A DNA stretch of 64,000 nucleotides, taken from positions 128,652-192,651 of the forward strand of contig SHWB01000001.1 of assembly GCA_009691025.1 (NCBI GenBank). The letters run 5' to 3'. The position numbers and the translations under genes are program-made. Below, in pieces: positions 15,783 through 27,583 of this stretch (the first letter of the stretch is position 1; the number at the start of each line of letters is the position of its first letter). The notes below the pieces were generated by a model. The model had not been told where the DNA came from. It saw nothing but the letters and a program-made list of their open reading frames with translations, and searched no databases. Source of the stretch: Alphaproteobacteria bacterium (lineage in GTDB: Bacteria; Pseudomonadota; Alphaproteobacteria; UBA6615).

Positions 15783-16729
15783 GACATCACCTCGCGCGGG
15801 CCAGCCGTTGTCAGGACGCCGAGGCGGCGGATTTCCCATTCCAGCGTGATGCCGCAGCTGTCGGCAACGCGGCGGCGAACTTCCTCGCCCAGCGCTTCGA
15901 GATCGGTCGCGGTGGCACCGCCATTGTTGATGAGGAAGTTGCAGTGCTTTTCGGAGATCTGCGCCGCGCCACGTCGCAGGCCGCGGCAGCCTGCGCGGTC
16001 TACCAGTTCCCACGCCTTCGCCCCGGGAGGATTCTTGAACGTCGAGCCGCCGGTCCGCGAGCGGATCGGCTGCGCTTCCTCGCGGGCCGCCTGTACCCAG
16101 GCCATGGCACTGGCGATCTCGACCGCGTCGCCGCGCACGCCGCACATCGTGGCGCCGGTGAATATCCAGCCCTCCGGCACGGCGGAGTGACGGTAGGTCG
16201 GGCCCCATTCGTCCTTCGTCAGCCGGCGCATCGCGCCGGTGTCGGTGACGATTTCGACATCGACGACGATGTCGGCCAGTTCGCGGCCATAGGCGCCGGC
16301 GTTCATGCGCAGCCCGCCGCCGATCGTGCCGGGAATGCCGGAGAGGAATTCAAAGCCGGCGATGGCGGCGTCGCAACAGGCCTTGGCGACGTTGTAGTCG
16401 AGCGCCATGCCGCCGGCCACTACGGTCATGCCGTCGACGACGATCTGCGCGAAGGGACGCCCGAGGCGGATGACCACGCCGGGTACGCCGCCGTCGCGCA
16501 CCAGTACGTTGGAGCCGGCGCCCAACAGGGTAACGGGCACGTCTTCCGGCTTGCCGGCGATGAAGGCGCCGAGGTCCTCGGCGTCGGCGGGGCGGAACAG
16601 CACCTCGGCGCCGCCGCCGGCACGTAACCATGTCACGCCGGCCAGAGGTGCGTCCTCGACATAGGCGCCGCGCACCGAGGGCAGGCGGTCGATGAGGCGG
16701 GCAGTGGTGTGGCGGACGGACATGCTCAT
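15779..16729 (-). CDS. murB: UDP-N-acetylenolpyruvoylglucosamine reductase
   Basis: 316-aa ORF with an FAD-binding N-terminus and [10 protein letters not shown]. It has ATGA overlaps with both neighbours. Confidence 0.95.
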   Translation of the reverse strand: MSMSVRHTTARLIDRLPSVRGAYVEDAPLAGVTWLRAGGGAEVLFRPADAEDLGAFIAGKPEDVPVTLLGAGSNVLVRDGGVPGVVIRLGRPFAQIVVDGMTVVAGGMALDYNVAKACCDAAIAGFEFLSGIPGTIGGGLRMNAGAYGRELADIVVDVEIVTDTGAMRRLTKDEWGPTYRHSAVPEGWIFTGATMCGVRGDAVEIASAMAWVQAAREEAQPIRSRTGGSTFKNPPGAKAWELVDRAGCRGLRRGAAQISEKHCNFLINNGGATATDLEALGEEVRRRVADSCGITLEWEIRRLGVLTTAGPREVMS

Positions 16730-18153
16730 GCCTCCGTCCCGGTGCGCCGCTCGCCCAGCGCGGCAAGCTCGCCCGGCAGCGCCTGCGCCCAGTTGGTCAC
16801 GGTGCCGGCACCGAGGCAGACGACGAGGTCGCCGGGCCGCGTCGCCGCGGCGGCGAGTTCGGCGAGGGCATCCGGTCCCGGGAGTGGACGCACATCGCGA
16901 TGGCCGTGGGCCCGCAGGCCTCGTACCAGAGCGTCTCGGTCAACTCCCTCGATCGGGCTCTCGCCGGCCGGATAGATGTCCGCCACGATCACCGTGTCGG
17001 CGTCGTTGAAGGCGGTGCAGAAATCGTCGAACAGGCTCGACACGCGGCTGTAGCGGTGCGGCTGGAAGACGGCGACGACACGGCCCTGCGTGGCGCTGCG
17101 CGCGGCGCGCAGCACGGCGGCTATCTCCACCGGGTGGTGGCCGTAATCGTCGACTACCGCGACGCCGGCACCCTCGCCGGTGCGGGTGAATCGGCGCTTG
17201 ACCCCGGCGAAGCCGGCGAGGCCACGGCGCAGTGCCTCGTCGGGCACACCCATTTCCGTCGCCACGGCGATGGCTGCCAGCGCGTTCTCCGCATTGTGCA
17301 CGCCCATCATCGGCAGTTTCAGCCCGGCGACGGTGCGCACCTCGCCGTCGCGCGCGGTGATCACGGCGTCGAAGGCGACGCCGTCGGGGCTCGTTTTGAC
17401 GTTGACGCCGCGCACCTCGGCCTGCGGCGAAAAGCCATAGGTTACGATGCGGCGGTCCGACAGGGTCGGGATCAGAGCCTGCACGGCAGGATGGTCGAGG
17501 CACATCACGGCGAAGCCGTAGAACGGGATATTCGACACGAAAGTTGCGAAGGCGCCGCGGACGGATTCAAAATCGCCGTAGAAATCGAGATGCTCGGGGT
17601 CGATGTTGGTGACGACGGCGATGGTCGCCGGCAGACGCACGAAGGTGCCGTCGGATTCGTCGGCCTCGACCACCATCCAGTCGCCCTTGCCGAGGCGGGC
17701 GTTGGTACCCCAGGCATTGATGATGCCGCCGTTGATGACTGTCGGATCGAGGGAAGCGGCGTCGAGCACGGCGGCAACCAGAGACGTAGTCGTCGTCTTG
17801 CCGTGCGTGCCGGCCACCGCGATCGCCCATTTCAGGCGCATCAGCTCGGCGAGCATCTCGGCCCGGCGCACTACCGGGATCAGGCGCGCGCGCGCCGCCG
17901 CCACTTCCGGGTTGTCGTCGTGCACGGCAGAGGAGATCACCAGCACGTCGGCATCGGCCACCTGTTCGGCGCGGTGGCCGATATCAACATGGATGCCGAG
18001 CGCGCGCAGGCGGCGCACATTGGCGCTCTCGGCGACGTCGGAGCCGCGCACCTGGTAGCCCAGCGCATGCAGCGTCTCGGCGATGCCGCTCATGCCGATA
18101 CCGCCGATGCCGACGAAATGCAGCATGCCGATGTCGAGCGGAAGCGCCCTCAT
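16726..18153 (-). CDS. murC: UDP-N-acetylmuramate--L-alanine ligase
   Basis: Start at [26 protein letters not shown] (18153). It has the Mur ligase P-loop [10 protein letters not shown]. 475 aa. Confidence 0.95.
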   Translation of the reverse strand: MRALPLDIGMLHFVGIGGIGMSGIAETLHALGYQVRGSDVAESANVRRLRALGIHVDIGHRAEQVADADVLVISSAVHDDNPEVAAARARLIPVVRRAEMLAELMRLKWAIAVAGTHGKTTTTSLVAAVLDAASLDPTVINGGIINAWGTNARLGKGDWMVVEADESDGTFVRLPATIAVVTNIDPEHLDFYGDFESVRGAFATFVSNIPFYGFAVMCLDHPAVQALIPTLSDRRIVTYGFSPQAEVRGVNVKTSPDGVAFDAVITARDGEVRTVAGLKLPMMGVHNAENALAAIAVATEMGVPDEALRRGLAGFAGVKRRFTRTGEGAGVAVVDDYGHHPVEIAAVLRAARSATQGRVVAVFQPHRYSRVSSLFDDFCTAFNDADTVIVADIYPAGESPIEGVDRDALVRGLRAHGHRDVRPLPGPDALAELAAAATRPGDLVVCLGAGTVTNWAQALPGELAALGERRTGTEA

Positions 18154-19331
18154 GCCGCCGCCTCCCGGTGCTGGGTCGTAGTGTCGGCCCGCCGGCCACC
18201 GGGCCGCGGCGCCCGATGCGCGTGCGCCATCGCCACTTCCTCGACGAGGTCGGCCAGCCGCTGCGCAGCGTCTGTCGGCCCAGCAAGGCGGGCCGCCGCG
18301 GCAGCGGCGGCGAGGGCGGACGGGTCGGCCGTCAGGGCGCGCAGGCAGGCGGCCAGCGCGGCCGGTGTGAATTCGGCCTCGGCGAAGGCCCAGCCGCCGC
18401 CGCACGACGTCAGCGCGGCGGCGTTGGCCGTCTGGTGATCGCCGGCGGCGCCCTTCCACGGCACCAGGATAGCCGGCCGGCCGGCGACGATCAGCTCGGC
18501 CAGCGTCGAGGCGCCGGCTCGTGCGATGACGAGGTGCGCGGCGGCGAGGCGCCGCGGCACGTCGGTGAAGAAGGGTGCGATCTCGGCGGTCACGCCGGCC
18601 TTGCGCCAGGCCGCCTCGGCGGCGGCGCGGTCGGCGGCCCGTACCTGCTGGGCGACCGCCAGCCGCGCGCGCAGTGCCGCCGGCAGCATCGCCACCGCGT
18701 CGGGCACGGTCTCGGCGAACTGGCGCGCGCCAAGGCTGCCGCCCATCACCAGCAGTGCGATGCGGCCACCCGGCAGGGGCGGCGTGTAGGGCGTGTGGGC
18801 GAGGGCGGCGATCTCCGCCCGTACCGGGTTGCCGACGATTCGGGTGCGATCCGAGGCGGCGGACGGCAGTCCGGCGGTATCGGCGAAGGTCAGGGCGCAG
18901 GCGGCGGCGCGGGCGGCGAGGAAGCGATTGGCGCTGCCGAGCAGGGCGTTGGACTCGTGCACGATGGTCGGGATTCCGGCCTGGCGCGCGGCCAGCAGCG
19001 GCGCGACCGCCGGGTAGCCGCCGAAGCCGATGGCTACGACCGGCCGCTCGCGGCGAACGAGACGCCGTGCCGCGAGGAGGCCGCCGATCAGGCCGGCAAG
19101 TCCGCGCAGCTTCGCCGCGGTGCCGCCGCTCAGATGGCCGGCGGGCTGCACGACGCGCCGGACGCCGGCCGGCAGCGGCACGCCGCGGTCGAGCAGGGCA
19201 CCGCCGCGCGGGTCGGTGGCGAACAGCACGTCGCGCCCGCGAGCAACGAGCGCCTCGGCCAGAGCCACCGCCGGGAAGATGTGACCGCCGGTGCCGCCGG
19301 CGGCGATCAGCACGGGGCGGGCGGCGCTCAT
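18150..19331 (-). CDS. murG: undecaprenyldiphospho-muramoylpentapeptide beta-N-acetylglucosaminyltransferase
   Basis: Start at [28 protein letters not shown] (19331). 393 aa, with roughly 25 aa of C-terminal extension relative to typical MurG. Confidence 0.93.
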   Translation of the reverse strand: MSAARPVLIAAGGTGGHIFPAVALAEALVARGRDVLFATDPRGGALLDRGVPLPAGVRRVVQPAGHLSGGTAAKLRGLAGLIGGLLAARRLVRRERPVVAIGFGGYPAVAPLLAARQAGIPTIVHESNALLGSANRFLAARAAACALTFADTAGLPSAASDRTRIVGNPVRAEIAALAHTPYTPPLPGGRIALLVMGGSLGARQFAETVPDAVAMLPAALRARLAVAQQVRAADRAAAEAAWRKAGVTAEIAPFFTDVPRRLAAAHLVIARAGASTLAELIVAGRPAILVPWKGAAGDHQTANAAALTSCGGGWAFAEAEFTPAALAACLRALTADPSALAAAAAAARLAGPTDAAQRLADLVEEVAMAHAHRAPRPGGRRADTTTQHREAAA

Positions 19332-20458
19332 GCATGCCCTCCGTCGCCGACCCGCCTGCGCGTCAGCGCCAGCACCATGCCGATGGCGAAGCCCATCGAC
19401 AGCAGCGACGAGCCGCCATAACTGACGAAGGGCAGGGTCATCCCCTTGGTTGGCAGCAGGTGCAGGGCGGAGCCCATGTTTATCAGAGCCTGCACGCCGA
19501 ACTGGACCAGCAGGCCGGCCACCGCCAGCAGCACGAACAGGTCGCGCTCGGCGAAGGCGCGCGCTAAGCCGCGCAGCACGACGATTGCGAACAGGCTTAC
19601 GACGCCGATGGCGGCGAGCGAGCCGAATTCCTCGCCGAGCACCGCGAAGACGAAATCGGCATGGGCGTCGGGCAGCTGGTTCTTGACCGCGCCCTCGCCC
19701 GGCCCGCGGCCGAACAGCCCGCCATGCAGGAAGGCCTCGAGGCTCTTGGCGATCTGGTAGTTGTCGCCGGAGGACGGATCGAGGAAGCGGTCGATGCGGC
19801 TGGTGACGTGGGGCAGGAAGAGATAGGCGGCGACCACTCCGCCGGCGCCGGCGACTACGAGGAAGCCGACCAGCCACAGCGACAGGCCGGCGAGGAAGAA
19901 CTGCGCCACCCACACCGCTGTCAGCACGACGGCCTGGCCGAGGTCGGGCTGCAGTATGATCAGGCCGAGCACCATGGCGAACAGCACGGTGGCGAGCAGG
20001 CGACCGGGGATGCGGTCGTCGCGCACCCGCTCGGCGAACAGCCAGGCGCAGGCGACGGCGAAGGCCGGCTTGGCTAATTCGCTCGCCTGCAGCGAGAAGC
20101 CGCCGAGATAGATCCAGCGCCGAGCGCCCTTGATCTCGACGCCGATGGCCAGCGTCGCGACCAGCAGGATCAGCGATATCGCCAGAGCGGCGAGTGCCGC
20201 GCGCCGCACGCCGACAGGCGTGAGCAGCGACGTCGCCAGCATCAGGCCGAGCGCCGGAACGATCAGCGCCAGATGACGGGTGAAGAAATAGCTGTCGACG
20301 AGCCCGATGCGGATGGCCACCGCCGGGCTGGCGGCCATCACCAGCAGCGCGCCCACGGCCACCAGCGACAGCACGGCGGCGAGCAGCAGGTGGTCGACGG
20401 TCCACCACCAGCGCGACAGGACCGAGGTATCGGCGCGCGAGAAGGAGTAGCTGGTCAC
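19328..20458 (-). CDS. ftsW: SEDS-family peptidoglycan glycosyltransferase FtsW
   Basis: GTG start at 20458 (GTGA overlap with the murD stop). Polytopic membrane protein with C-terminal [17 protein letters not shown]. Confidence 0.92.
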   Translation of the reverse strand: MTSYSFSRADTSVLSRWWWTVDHLLLAAVLSLVAVGALLVMAASPAVAIRIGLVDSYFFTRHLALIVPALGLMLATSLLTPVGVRRAALAALAISLILLVATLAIGVEIKGARRWIYLGGFSLQASELAKPAFAVACAWLFAERVRDDRIPGRLLATVLFAMVLGLIILQPDLGQAVVLTAVWVAQFFLAGLSLWLVGFLVVAGAGGVVAAYLFLPHVTSRIDRFLDPSSGDNYQIAKSLEAFLHGGLFGRGPGEGAVKNQLPDAHADFVFAVLGEEFGSLAAIGVVSLFAIVVLRGLARAFAERDLFVLLAVAGLLVQFGVQALINMGSALHLLPTKGMTLPFVSYGGSSLLSMGFAIGMVLALTRRRVGDGGHA

Positions 20459-21867
20459 GAAGCGGCCCTCCCCTGCGCGCGGCGGCCGTCGATGGCGTGG
20501 GAGGCGGCGGCGCGGAAAGCCTCGCCGCGCGCCTCGAAGTCGCGGAACTGGTCGAAGGATGCGCAGGCTGGCGACAGCAGGACGGTGCCGCCGCCGGCCT
20601 GCCACGCCATGTCGGCGGCGAGCGCCACGGCGGTGGCGAGATCGCCGGCCCGCGTGCTCGTCGTCCGGCCCGCTAGCGTGGCGGCGAAGGCATCGGCGGC
20701 CTCGCCGATGAGGAAAGCATGGCGGATCGCGGGGAAGAATTCGGCGAGGGCAGCGATGCCGCCTTCCTTCGCACGTCCGCCGGCGATCCAGTAGATGTCG
20801 CGCCATGCGGACATGGCGTGCGCGGTCGCGCCGGCGTTGGTCGCCTTGGAATCGTTGACGAAGCGCACGCCGCCGCTGTTGGCGACAAGTTCCTGGCGAT
20901 GGGCGAGGCCGGGGAAGCTGGCCAGCCGCGCCGCCGCCACGGCGGGCGCGAGGCCGAGCGCCGTCGCCGCTGCATAGGCCGCCGCCGCGTTCTGCGCGTT
21001 GTGCCGGCCGGGCAGGGTCGGCACGCGGGCGAGGTCGATCACCGCGCGCGCCGCGCCGTCGCGCCCGTCGACCAGCGCGGTGCCGTCGAGCCAGAGCCCG
21101 CCATCGACGCGGCCGGTCAGCGAGACCGGCACGATGCGCTGGCGCCCGGCGGAGACCAGATCGGCATGGATGGCGCGGCACGGCTCGTCGTCGACGCCGA
21201 TGATGGCGGTATCGCCCGAGCCCTGCCCAGCGAAGACACGCCGCTTGGCGGCGATGTAGCCGGCTATGCCGCCATGGCGGTCGAGATGGTCGGGCGTCAC
21301 GTTCAGCAGCACGGCGGCGCGGAACACCGGCGTCGGCAGCAATTCGAGCTGGTAGGACGACAGTTCGAGCACATAGATGCCGTCGGGACCGAAGGCCGGC
21401 ATTGTCGTCGCGGGCGGGCCGAGATTGCCGCCGACGGCCACCGGCCGGCCGCCGCCGTCGAGCAGATGACCGAGCAGCGCCGTCGTCGTCGACTTGCCGT
21501 TGGTGCCGGTGATGGCGACGAAAGTCGCCTGCGGCTCGGCGCGGGCCAGCAGGTCGACCTCGCAGACGATCTCTGCGCCGGCCGCGCGCGCCTTGTCCAC
21601 GGCCGGATGATGGCACGGATGGGTGTGCGGAATGCCCGGCGACAGGACCAGCATGCCCACCCCGGCAAGGTCGTAATCGGCGAGGTCGACTAGCATGTTG
21701 AGGCGGTGCAGGGCGGCCGCGCGGGCCGATGCGGTGTCGTCCCAGGCCAGCACGCGGGCGCCGGCCGCGGCCAGCGCCGTCGCCGCCGCGAGCCCGGAGC
21801 GGCCGAGGCCGAGCACGGCGACCGGGCGGTCGCGGAAGGCGGAGAGATCGAGGGCGCGGACCGTCAT
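20455..21867 (-). CDS. murD: UDP-N-acetylmuramoylalanine--D-glutamate ligase
   Basis: 470-aa ORF with a Rossmann N-terminus (VAVLGLGRSGLAAA) and the P-loop GTNGKSTTTALLGH. Confidence 0.95.
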   Translation of the reverse strand: MTVRALDLSAFRDRPVAVLGLGRSGLAAATALAAAGARVLAWDDTASARAAALHRLNMLVDLADYDLAGVGMLVLSPGIPHTHPCHHPAVDKARAAGAEIVCEVDLLARAEPQATFVAITGTNGKSTTTALLGHLLDGGGRPVAVGGNLGPPATTMPAFGPDGIYVLELSSYQLELLPTPVFRAAVLLNVTPDHLDRHGGIAGYIAAKRRVFAGQGSGDTAIIGVDDEPCRAIHADLVSAGRQRIVPVSLTGRVDGGLWLDGTALVDGRDGAARAVIDLARVPTLPGRHNAQNAAAAYAAATALGLAPAVAAARLASFPGLAHRQELVANSGGVRFVNDSKATNAGATAHAMSAWRDIYWIAGGRAKEGGIAALAEFFPAIRHAFLIGEAADAFAATLAGRTTSTRAGDLATAVALAADMAWQAGGGTVLLSPACASFDQFRDFEARGEAFRAAASHAIDGRRAQGRAAS

Positions 21868-21871
21868 CGCG

Positions 21872-22957
21872 TCACCGGATCTTCAGGGTGGCGAGGCCGG
21901 CCAGCGCCAGCACCGTCGCGATGATCCAGAAGCGGATGACGATGGTCGGCTCCTGCCAGCCCTTCTGCTCGAAATGGTGATGCAGAGGCGCCATGCGGAA
22001 GACGCGCTTGCCGGTCAGCTTGAACGAGGTGACCTGGGCGATGACCGAGACGGTTTCGAGCACGAACAGGCCGCCGATGATGGCCAGCACCAGCTCGTGC
22101 TTGATGATGACGGCGACGGCGCCGAGCGCGCCACCCATAGACAGCGAGCCGGTGTCGCCCATGAACACCATCGCCGGCGGCGCGTTGAACCACAGGAAGC
22201 CGAGCGCGGCGCCGACCAGCGCGGCGCTGAACACGGCGAGCTCGCTGGCGCCCGGGATGTGGAACACCAGCAGGTAATTGGCGAATACGGCGTGGCCGAC
22301 GAGGTAGGCGATAAGGCCGAGGCAGGCGGCGGCGATGAGCACCGGCACCGTGGCCAGCCCGTCGAGGCCGTCGGTCAGATTGACGGCGTTCGAGGCGCCG
22401 ACCATGACGAAGGCGGCGAAGGCGAAATAGAACCAGCCGAGGTCGACGAGCAGATCCTTGAAGAACGGCAGGGCGAGGCCGGTGTCTAGCGGCGATCGGG
22501 TGAGCCAGGAAATCCACACCGCCGCCGCGACGCCGACGCCGATCTGCAGGCCGAACTTGTTGCTCGCCGACAGGCCCCTGGAATGGCGTTTGGTCAGCTT
22601 GTGGTAGTCGTCGACGAATCCGATAGCGCCATAGGCCAGGGTAACCAGTAGGGTCGCCCAGACATAGCCGTTGGTGAGGTTCGACCACAGCAGGGTCGAG
22701 GCGATGCCGGCGAGCAGGAGCAACAGGCCGCCCATGGTCGGCGTGCCGGCCTTGGCGAAATGTCCCTTGGGCCCGTCCTCGCGGATCGGCTGGCCATGCG
22801 GCTGCTGGCTCTTGAGCCAGGCGATGACGCGCGGTCCGATGACGAAGGCGATGACGAGCGAGGTCACGGCCGCGCTGCCGGCGCGGAAGGTGATAGAGTT
22901 GAGTAGATTGAACAGGATGAAGTCGGAGCCGAGCGGCGCCAGCAGGGCGTAGAGCAT
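21872..22957 (-). CDS. mraY: phospho-N-acetylmuramoyl-pentapeptide transferase
   Basis: 361-aa polytopic ORF. Motifs [11 protein letters not shown] and [15 protein letters not shown] are present. Confidence 0.97.
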   Translation of the reverse strand: MLYALLAPLGSDFILFNLLNSITFRAGSAAVTSLVIAFVIGPRVIAWLKSQQPHGQPIREDGPKGHFAKAGTPTMGGLLLLLAGIASTLLWSNLTNGYVWATLLVTLAYGAIGFVDDYHKLTKRHSRGLSASNKFGLQIGVGVAAAVWISWLTRSPLDTGLALPFFKDLLVDLGWFYFAFAAFVMVGASNAVNLTDGLDGLATVPVLIAAACLGLIAYLVGHAVFANYLLVFHIPGASELAVFSAALVGAALGFLWFNAPPAMVFMGDTGSLSMGGALGAVAVIIKHELVLAIIGGLFVLETVSVIAQVTSFKLTGKRVFRMAPLHHHFEQKGWQEPTIVIRFWIIATVLALAGLATLKIR

Positions 22958-22960
22958 GTC

Positions 22961-24409
22961 CTATCCCCCAGCCAGCGCGGCAGCGCGGCGCATGTCGGCC
23001 CCGGCGCCGCCGACCGTGCCGCCGGTCTTCGCCAGTGCGGCGGCAAGCGGGCCCATGCGGCTGCCGTTCGAACCCTTGACCAGCACGACGTCGCCGCCGC
23101 GCAGCGCGGCGCGCACGAACGGCAGCAGCGCGGTGGCGTCGGGCGCATGGCCGCCGCGCAGGGTGGCTGGCAGCGCCTCGGCGAGTTCCGCCATCAGCGT
23201 GCCGGCCGTGAAGACGAGATCGGCTTCGGACGCCTCGATGGCGGCGGCGAGGCCGGCATGCAGCAGCGCCGCGTGCGGGCCGAGTTCGAGCATGTCACCG
23301 AGCACCGCGATGCGGCGGCCGCCGGCACCCGGTTGCGTCTCGCCGAGCACGGCTAGCGCGGCGCGTACCGAGGCCGGATTGGCGTTGTAGCTGTCGTCGA
23401 TCAGCAGGTAGTCGCCGCCGGCCACCGGCACGCGCAGGCGCCGGCCGCGACCGGTCGGCTCTTCGAGGCGCGCGAGCTCCGCGCCGGCGCGCTGCGGATC
23501 GCCGCCCAGCGCATGCACGGCGGCAAGCACCGCCAGCACGTTATGCGCCCAGTGGCGGCCGACGACGCCAAGAGTCAGAGACAGTCGCGTGCCCGCTACA
23601 TCGGCGTCAACGCGACAGCCATCCGCCGTCGTCGCATAGGCGAGGAGACGGGCATCGGCGTCGTCGGAGGCGCCGAACGATAGTACCCGCGTCACGCCGG
23701 CTGCGCGCGCCGAGGCGGCGAGGCGGCCGTGATAGGGGTCGTCGCGGTTGACGATGGCGGCACCGCCCGCCTCGACGCCGAGGAAGATCTCGGCCTTGGC
23801 GTCAGCGATGGCGTCGAGCGAGGCAAAATGCTCGAGATGCGCGGGGGCGATGGTCGTGACGATGGCGACGTGCGGTCGCACGAGGCGCGACAGCGCCGTC
23901 AACTCGCCGGGCGAGCTCGTGCCCAGCTCGAACACGCCCCAGTCGGTCGCGGCGGGCATGCGGGCGAGCGACAGTGGCACGCCCCAGTGATTGTTGAGGT
24001 TGCCGGCGCTGGCATGCGTCGCGCCGAGTGTGCCGAGTGCCAGAGCTAGCGCCTCCTTGGTGCCGGTCTTTCCGGCCGAGCCGGTCACGGCGGCGATCTT
24101 CGCGGTCGTGCGTGCGCGGGCATGGCGGCCGAGCACCGTGAGCGCCGCCGCCGTATCGGCGACAGCGAGTGTCTTCAGGCCGGCCGGCACCGCGCTGCCA
24201 GCGCGCACGATCGCGGCGGCGGCGCCCGCCGCTTGCGCGGCGCCGAGCCAGGTGTGACCGTCATGGTTGGGTCCGGTTAGCGCCACGAAGAGGTCGCCGC
24301 CCGACAGCGTGCGCGTGTCGATCGAGGCGCCGCGGGCCTGCCACTCGCCGCCCGACAGGGCGCCGCCGGTCGCGGCCGCGGCTTCGGTCGCTGTCCACAG
24401 CGCGCTCAT
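22961..24409 (-). CDS. murF: UDP-N-acetylmuramoyl-tripeptide--D-alanyl-D-alanine ligase
   Basis: Start at MSALWTATEAAAATGG (codon 243 of the 724-aa ORF). It has the P-loop VTGSAGKTGTKEAL. 482 aa, TAG stop. Confidence 0.93.
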   Translation of the reverse strand: MSALWTATEAAAATGGALSGGEWQARGASIDTRTLSGGDLFVALTGPNHDGHTWLGAAQAAGAAAAIVRAGSAVPAGLKTLAVADTAAALTVLGRHARARTTAKIAAVTGSAGKTGTKEALALALGTLGATHASAGNLNNHWGVPLSLARMPAATDWGVFELGTSSPGELTALSRLVRPHVAIVTTIAPAHLEHFASLDAIADAKAEIFLGVEAGGAAIVNRDDPYHGRLAASARAAGVTRVLSFGASDDADARLLAYATTADGCRVDADVAGTRLSLTLGVVGRHWAHNVLAVLAAVHALGGDPQRAGAELARLEEPTGRGRRLRVPVAGGDYLLIDDSYNANPASVRAALAVLGETQPGAGGRRIAVLGDMLELGPHAALLHAGLAAAIEASEADLVFTAGTLMAELAEALPATLRGGHAPDATALLPFVRAALRGGDVVLVKGSNGSRMGPLAAALAKTGGTVGGAGADMRRAAALAGG

Positions 24410-25893
24410 GCGACCGCGTCCCCGCCGAGCGCGCGGATGATGTCGCGCGCGACCTCGGCGTCGTCGAAAGGCAGAGTCTCGGTGCCGATAGTCTGCCCGG
24501 TCTCGTGGCCCTTGCCGGCGATGACGAGGCCGTCGCCGGGGCCGAGCAAGGCAGCCGCGCGGGCGATGGCCTCGCGACGGTCGCCGATCTCCTCGGCATC
24601 GGGGCAGCCGACCAGAATCTGGTGGCGGATCGACACGGGATCCTCGCGACGGGGGTTGTCGTCGGTGACGAACGCCAGGTCGGCGAGCCGCGCCACGACG
24701 CGCCCCATGTGGGGGCGCTTGCCGGGGTCGCGGTCGCCACCGGCGCCGAACACCACGATCAGTTTCCCCGAGATATGTGGCCGGACTGCGGCGAGCACGG
24801 TTTCCAGCGCATCGGGCGTGTGGGCGTAGTCGACCCATACGGGCGCGCCGGCCGCGCCGCGCGCGACGATTTGCAGGCGGCCGCGCACGCCGGTGAGGTG
24901 GGCGAGGGCGGCGAAAGCGGCTTCGGGATCGTCTCCGCTCGCTACCACAAGCGCCCAGGCGGCGAGCGCGTTCCAGGCCTGGAAGGTGCCGGCCAGCGGC
25001 AGGCGCGTCTCCCACGACCGGCCGCGCAGCGAGACGACGAGGCGGATACCTTCGCCGGCCGCCCCGATCTCCTCGATACGGATGTCGTCGCTGGCGCGGC
25101 CGTAGCTGCGCAAATCGTGGCCGGCCGCCCGGCACGCGTCGCGGAACAGCGGGAAATGCGCCGCGTCGGCGTTCAGCACCGCCGTGCCCTCCGGCGGCAG
25201 CAGGTCACGGAACAGGCGCATCTTGGCGGCGACGTAGGAAGCCTCGTCGCCGTGGTAATCGAGGTGGTCGCGGCCGATATAGGTGAAAGCTGCGGCGCGC
25301 AGCACGACTCCATCGAGCCGGTACTGGTCGAGGCCATGCGAGGAGGCCTCGATGGCTACATGCTCGATGCCGCTGCGCTGCAGTTCGGCGAGCATGCGGT
25401 GCAGTGCCACCGGGTCGGGCGTCGTCAGGCTGGGGCCAGCCGGGAAGCCAGTCGCCTCGAGGCCGAGCGTGCCGAGGCTGGCCGCCTTGTGGCCGAGGCG
25501 GGCCCAGATTTGCCGGGTGAAGCCGACGGTCGAGGATTTGCCGTTCGTTCCGGTGACGGCGACGATCCGGCGCGTCTGCGGCCGGTGGAAGCGCGCCGCG
25601 AGCAGCGCCAGTCGGCGGCGTGGATTGTCGTCGGTGACGAGGCGGACCGTCCGCGCCAGCTCCGGCGCCAGCATCGTTCCGGTCGGCGCCAGCACGGCGA
25701 CGGCGCCGCGCGCCACCGCCTCGGGAATGAATGCGCGCCCGTCGGTGCCCGCGCCGCGCGTGGCGCTGGGCAGGGCGGCGAAGAGATAGCCCTTCCCCAC
25801 CGCCCGGCTGTCGGCCGCGAGGCCGGCGATCTCGCAGTCGCCAAGAGGGGCGGAGAGGGCTGGCATGCCGGCCATGAGGTCAGTTAACCGCAA
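24406..25893 (-). CDS. murE: UDP-N-acetylmuramoyl-L-alanyl-D-glutamate--2,6-diaminopimelate ligase
   Basis: It has the P-loop VTGTNGKSSTVGF and the DAP-specificity motif DDNPR. Start set at TTG 25893, which gives the canonical N-terminus M-RLTDL. Alternatives are ATG 25875 or ATG 25923. Confidence 0.9.
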   Translation of the reverse strand: MRLTDLMAGMPALSAPLGDCEIAGLAADSRAVGKGYLFAALPSATRGAGTDGRAFIPEAVARGAVAVLAPTGTMLAPELARTVRLVTDDNPRRRLALLAARFHRPQTRRIVAVTGTNGKSSTVGFTRQIWARLGHKAASLGTLGLEATGFPAGPSLTTPDPVALHRMLAELQRSGIEHVAIEASSHGLDQYRLDGVVLRAAAFTYIGRDHLDYHGDEASYVAAKMRLFRDLLPPEGTAVLNADAAHFPLFRDACRAAGHDLRSYGRASDDIRIEEIGAAGEGIRLVVSLRGRSWETRLPLAGTFQAWNALAAWALVVASGDDPEAAFAALAHLTGVRGRLQIVARGAAGAPVWVDYAHTPDALETVLAAVRPHISGKLIVVFGAGGDRDPGKRPHMGRVVARLADLAFVTDDNPRREDPVSIRHQILVGCPDAEEIGDRREAIARAAALLGPGDGLVIAGKGHETGQTIGTETLPFDDAEVARDIIRALGGDAVA

Positions 25894-27583
25894 CGGTTTG
25901 CGTCCCTGCGGACCGCGGCGCATCGGTCGGCAGTGCCAGGGCGCGCCGCACTTCTGGCGAGTTGGCGTCTTGCTGCGGCACGCCGACCAGCGGTGCCATG
26001 CGGGCGATGATGCGCTTGGCCACCGGGGCCGCAGTCCAGCCGGCGGTGGCGAATCCATAGGTCTCCTTGATGCCCTTGGGCTCGTCGAGCATGGCGACGA
26101 CGACGTAGCGCGGGGCGTTGGCGGGAAAGATGCCGACGAAGGTGGTGATCAGCGCCTTCTTCTTGTAGCGACCGCCGACCTGTTTCTCGGCCGTGCCGGT
26201 CTTGCCGCCGACGATGTAGCCAGGCACGTCCGCATTCTTGCCGGTGCCGGTCTCGACGACGAGGCGCATCAGCGAGCGCATGATCGCCGAAGTGCGCTCG
26301 GAGACGACGCGGGTGCCGGTAATGATGGCGTCGGGCTCGCGCATCAGCATGGTTGGCGGGTGCATGATGCCGCCGTCGACGATGCCGGCTACGGCGGTGG
26401 CGAGGTGCAGCGGCGAGACGGCGATGCCGTGGCCGTAGGCGATGGTCATGACGCTGATGTCGCGCCATGGCGACGGCAACATCGGATCGCCCATTTCCGG
26501 CAGTTCCAGTGGCAGCTTGCGTAACATGCCGACGCGTTCGAGGAAAGCGCGCTGGGCGGCGGCGCCGGCATCTAGTGCCATCAGCGCCGAGCCGATGTTG
26601 GACGATACCTCGAAGATTTCCGTCACCGTCAGCGGCCGCTTCTCGGGATGGAAATCGCTGATCGTGAAGCGCGAGATGCGCAGCGGCCGCGTTGCGTCGT
26701 AGCGCTTGCCCAGCGTCGCTATGCCGAGCTCGAGCACCATAGCGTGATTGAAGATCTTGAACACCGAGCCCAGCTCGTATACGCCGAGCGAGATGCGGTT
26801 GAACCGATGGTCCGGATCTCCCCCGGTCGGTGCGTTGGGATCGAAATCGGGCAGCGAGACGAGCGCCAGGATCTCGCCGGTCTCGACGTCCATCACCAGC
26901 CCGCCACCGCCGATCGCGCGGTGGCGGTCGATCTGGCGGATCAGTTCGTCGCGCACGATCTGCTGCACGCGGATGTCGAGGGAGAGGGCGATGGGCGCCT
27001 TTCCGCCCCGCAGCACCTCGTCCATGTTGCGCTCTATGCCGGCGATGCCGGTGCCGTCGACGTCGGAATAGCCGACGACATGCGCGGTCATGGCGCCTTG
27101 GGGATAGATGCGCTTCTCATCCGGACGAAAATCGATGCCGGGGATGCCTAGGCGGTTGATTTCGTATTGCTGGCGCGGCGTCAGGTGGCGGTGCAGCCAG
27201 ACGAAGCGCTTGTTGGTCGACAGCTTCGCCGTCACCTCGGCCACGGACAGCTCGGGCAGCACCGTGGCCAGGCGGCGGGCCGCGTCGGCCGGATCGAGCA
27301 CGCGCGCCGGATCGCCGAACAGCGAGGCCGTGACGAGGCTGGAGGCGAGCAGCGTGCCGTTGCGGTCGACGATATCCGTCCGTCCGTGCCGTGCCTGCGC
27401 TGCGATCGCGTGCTTGGGGCCGACCGCCAGATCGTCGGCCGCGCGCACGACGCTGACATCGATGAGGCGGATACCGATGATGACGAAGGCCAGCGCGAAC
27501 AGCGATCCGGCCAGAGCCAGACGCGCCCGCGCGGTGTTCAGCGCCGCGGTCCCCGCACCCTCTATGTGAACGCGCAGGATCAT
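25880..27583 (-). CDS. ftsI: class B penicillin-binding protein / peptidoglycan D,D-transpeptidase FtsI
   Basis: Start at [11 protein letters not shown] (27583). It has an N-terminal TM helix and the motifs SxxK (GSVFK), SxN (SSN) and KTG (GGKTGTAEK). 567 aa. Confidence 0.93.
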   Translation of the reverse strand: MILRVHIEGAGTAALNTARARLALAGSLFALAFVIIGIRLIDVSVVRAADDLAVGPKHAIAAQARHGRTDIVDRNGTLLASSLVTASLFGDPARVLDPADAARRLATVLPELSVAEVTAKLSTNKRFVWLHRHLTPRQQYEINRLGIPGIDFRPDEKRIYPQGAMTAHVVGYSDVDGTGIAGIERNMDEVLRGGKAPIALSLDIRVQQIVRDELIRQIDRHRAIGGGGLVMDVETGEILALVSLPDFDPNAPTGGDPDHRFNRISLGVYELGSVFKIFNHAMVLELGIATLGKRYDATRPLRISRFTISDFHPEKRPLTVTEIFEVSSNIGSALMALDAGAAAQRAFLERVGMLRKLPLELPEMGDPMLPSPWRDISVMTIAYGHGIAVSPLHLATAVAGIVDGGIMHPPTMLMREPDAIITGTRVVSERTSAIMRSLMRLVVETGTGKNADVPGYIVGGKTGTAEKQVGGRYKKKALITTFVGIFPANAPRYVVVAMLDEPKGIKETYGFATAGWTAAPVAKRIIARMAPLVGVPQQDANSPEVRRALALPTDAPRSAGTQTVAVN

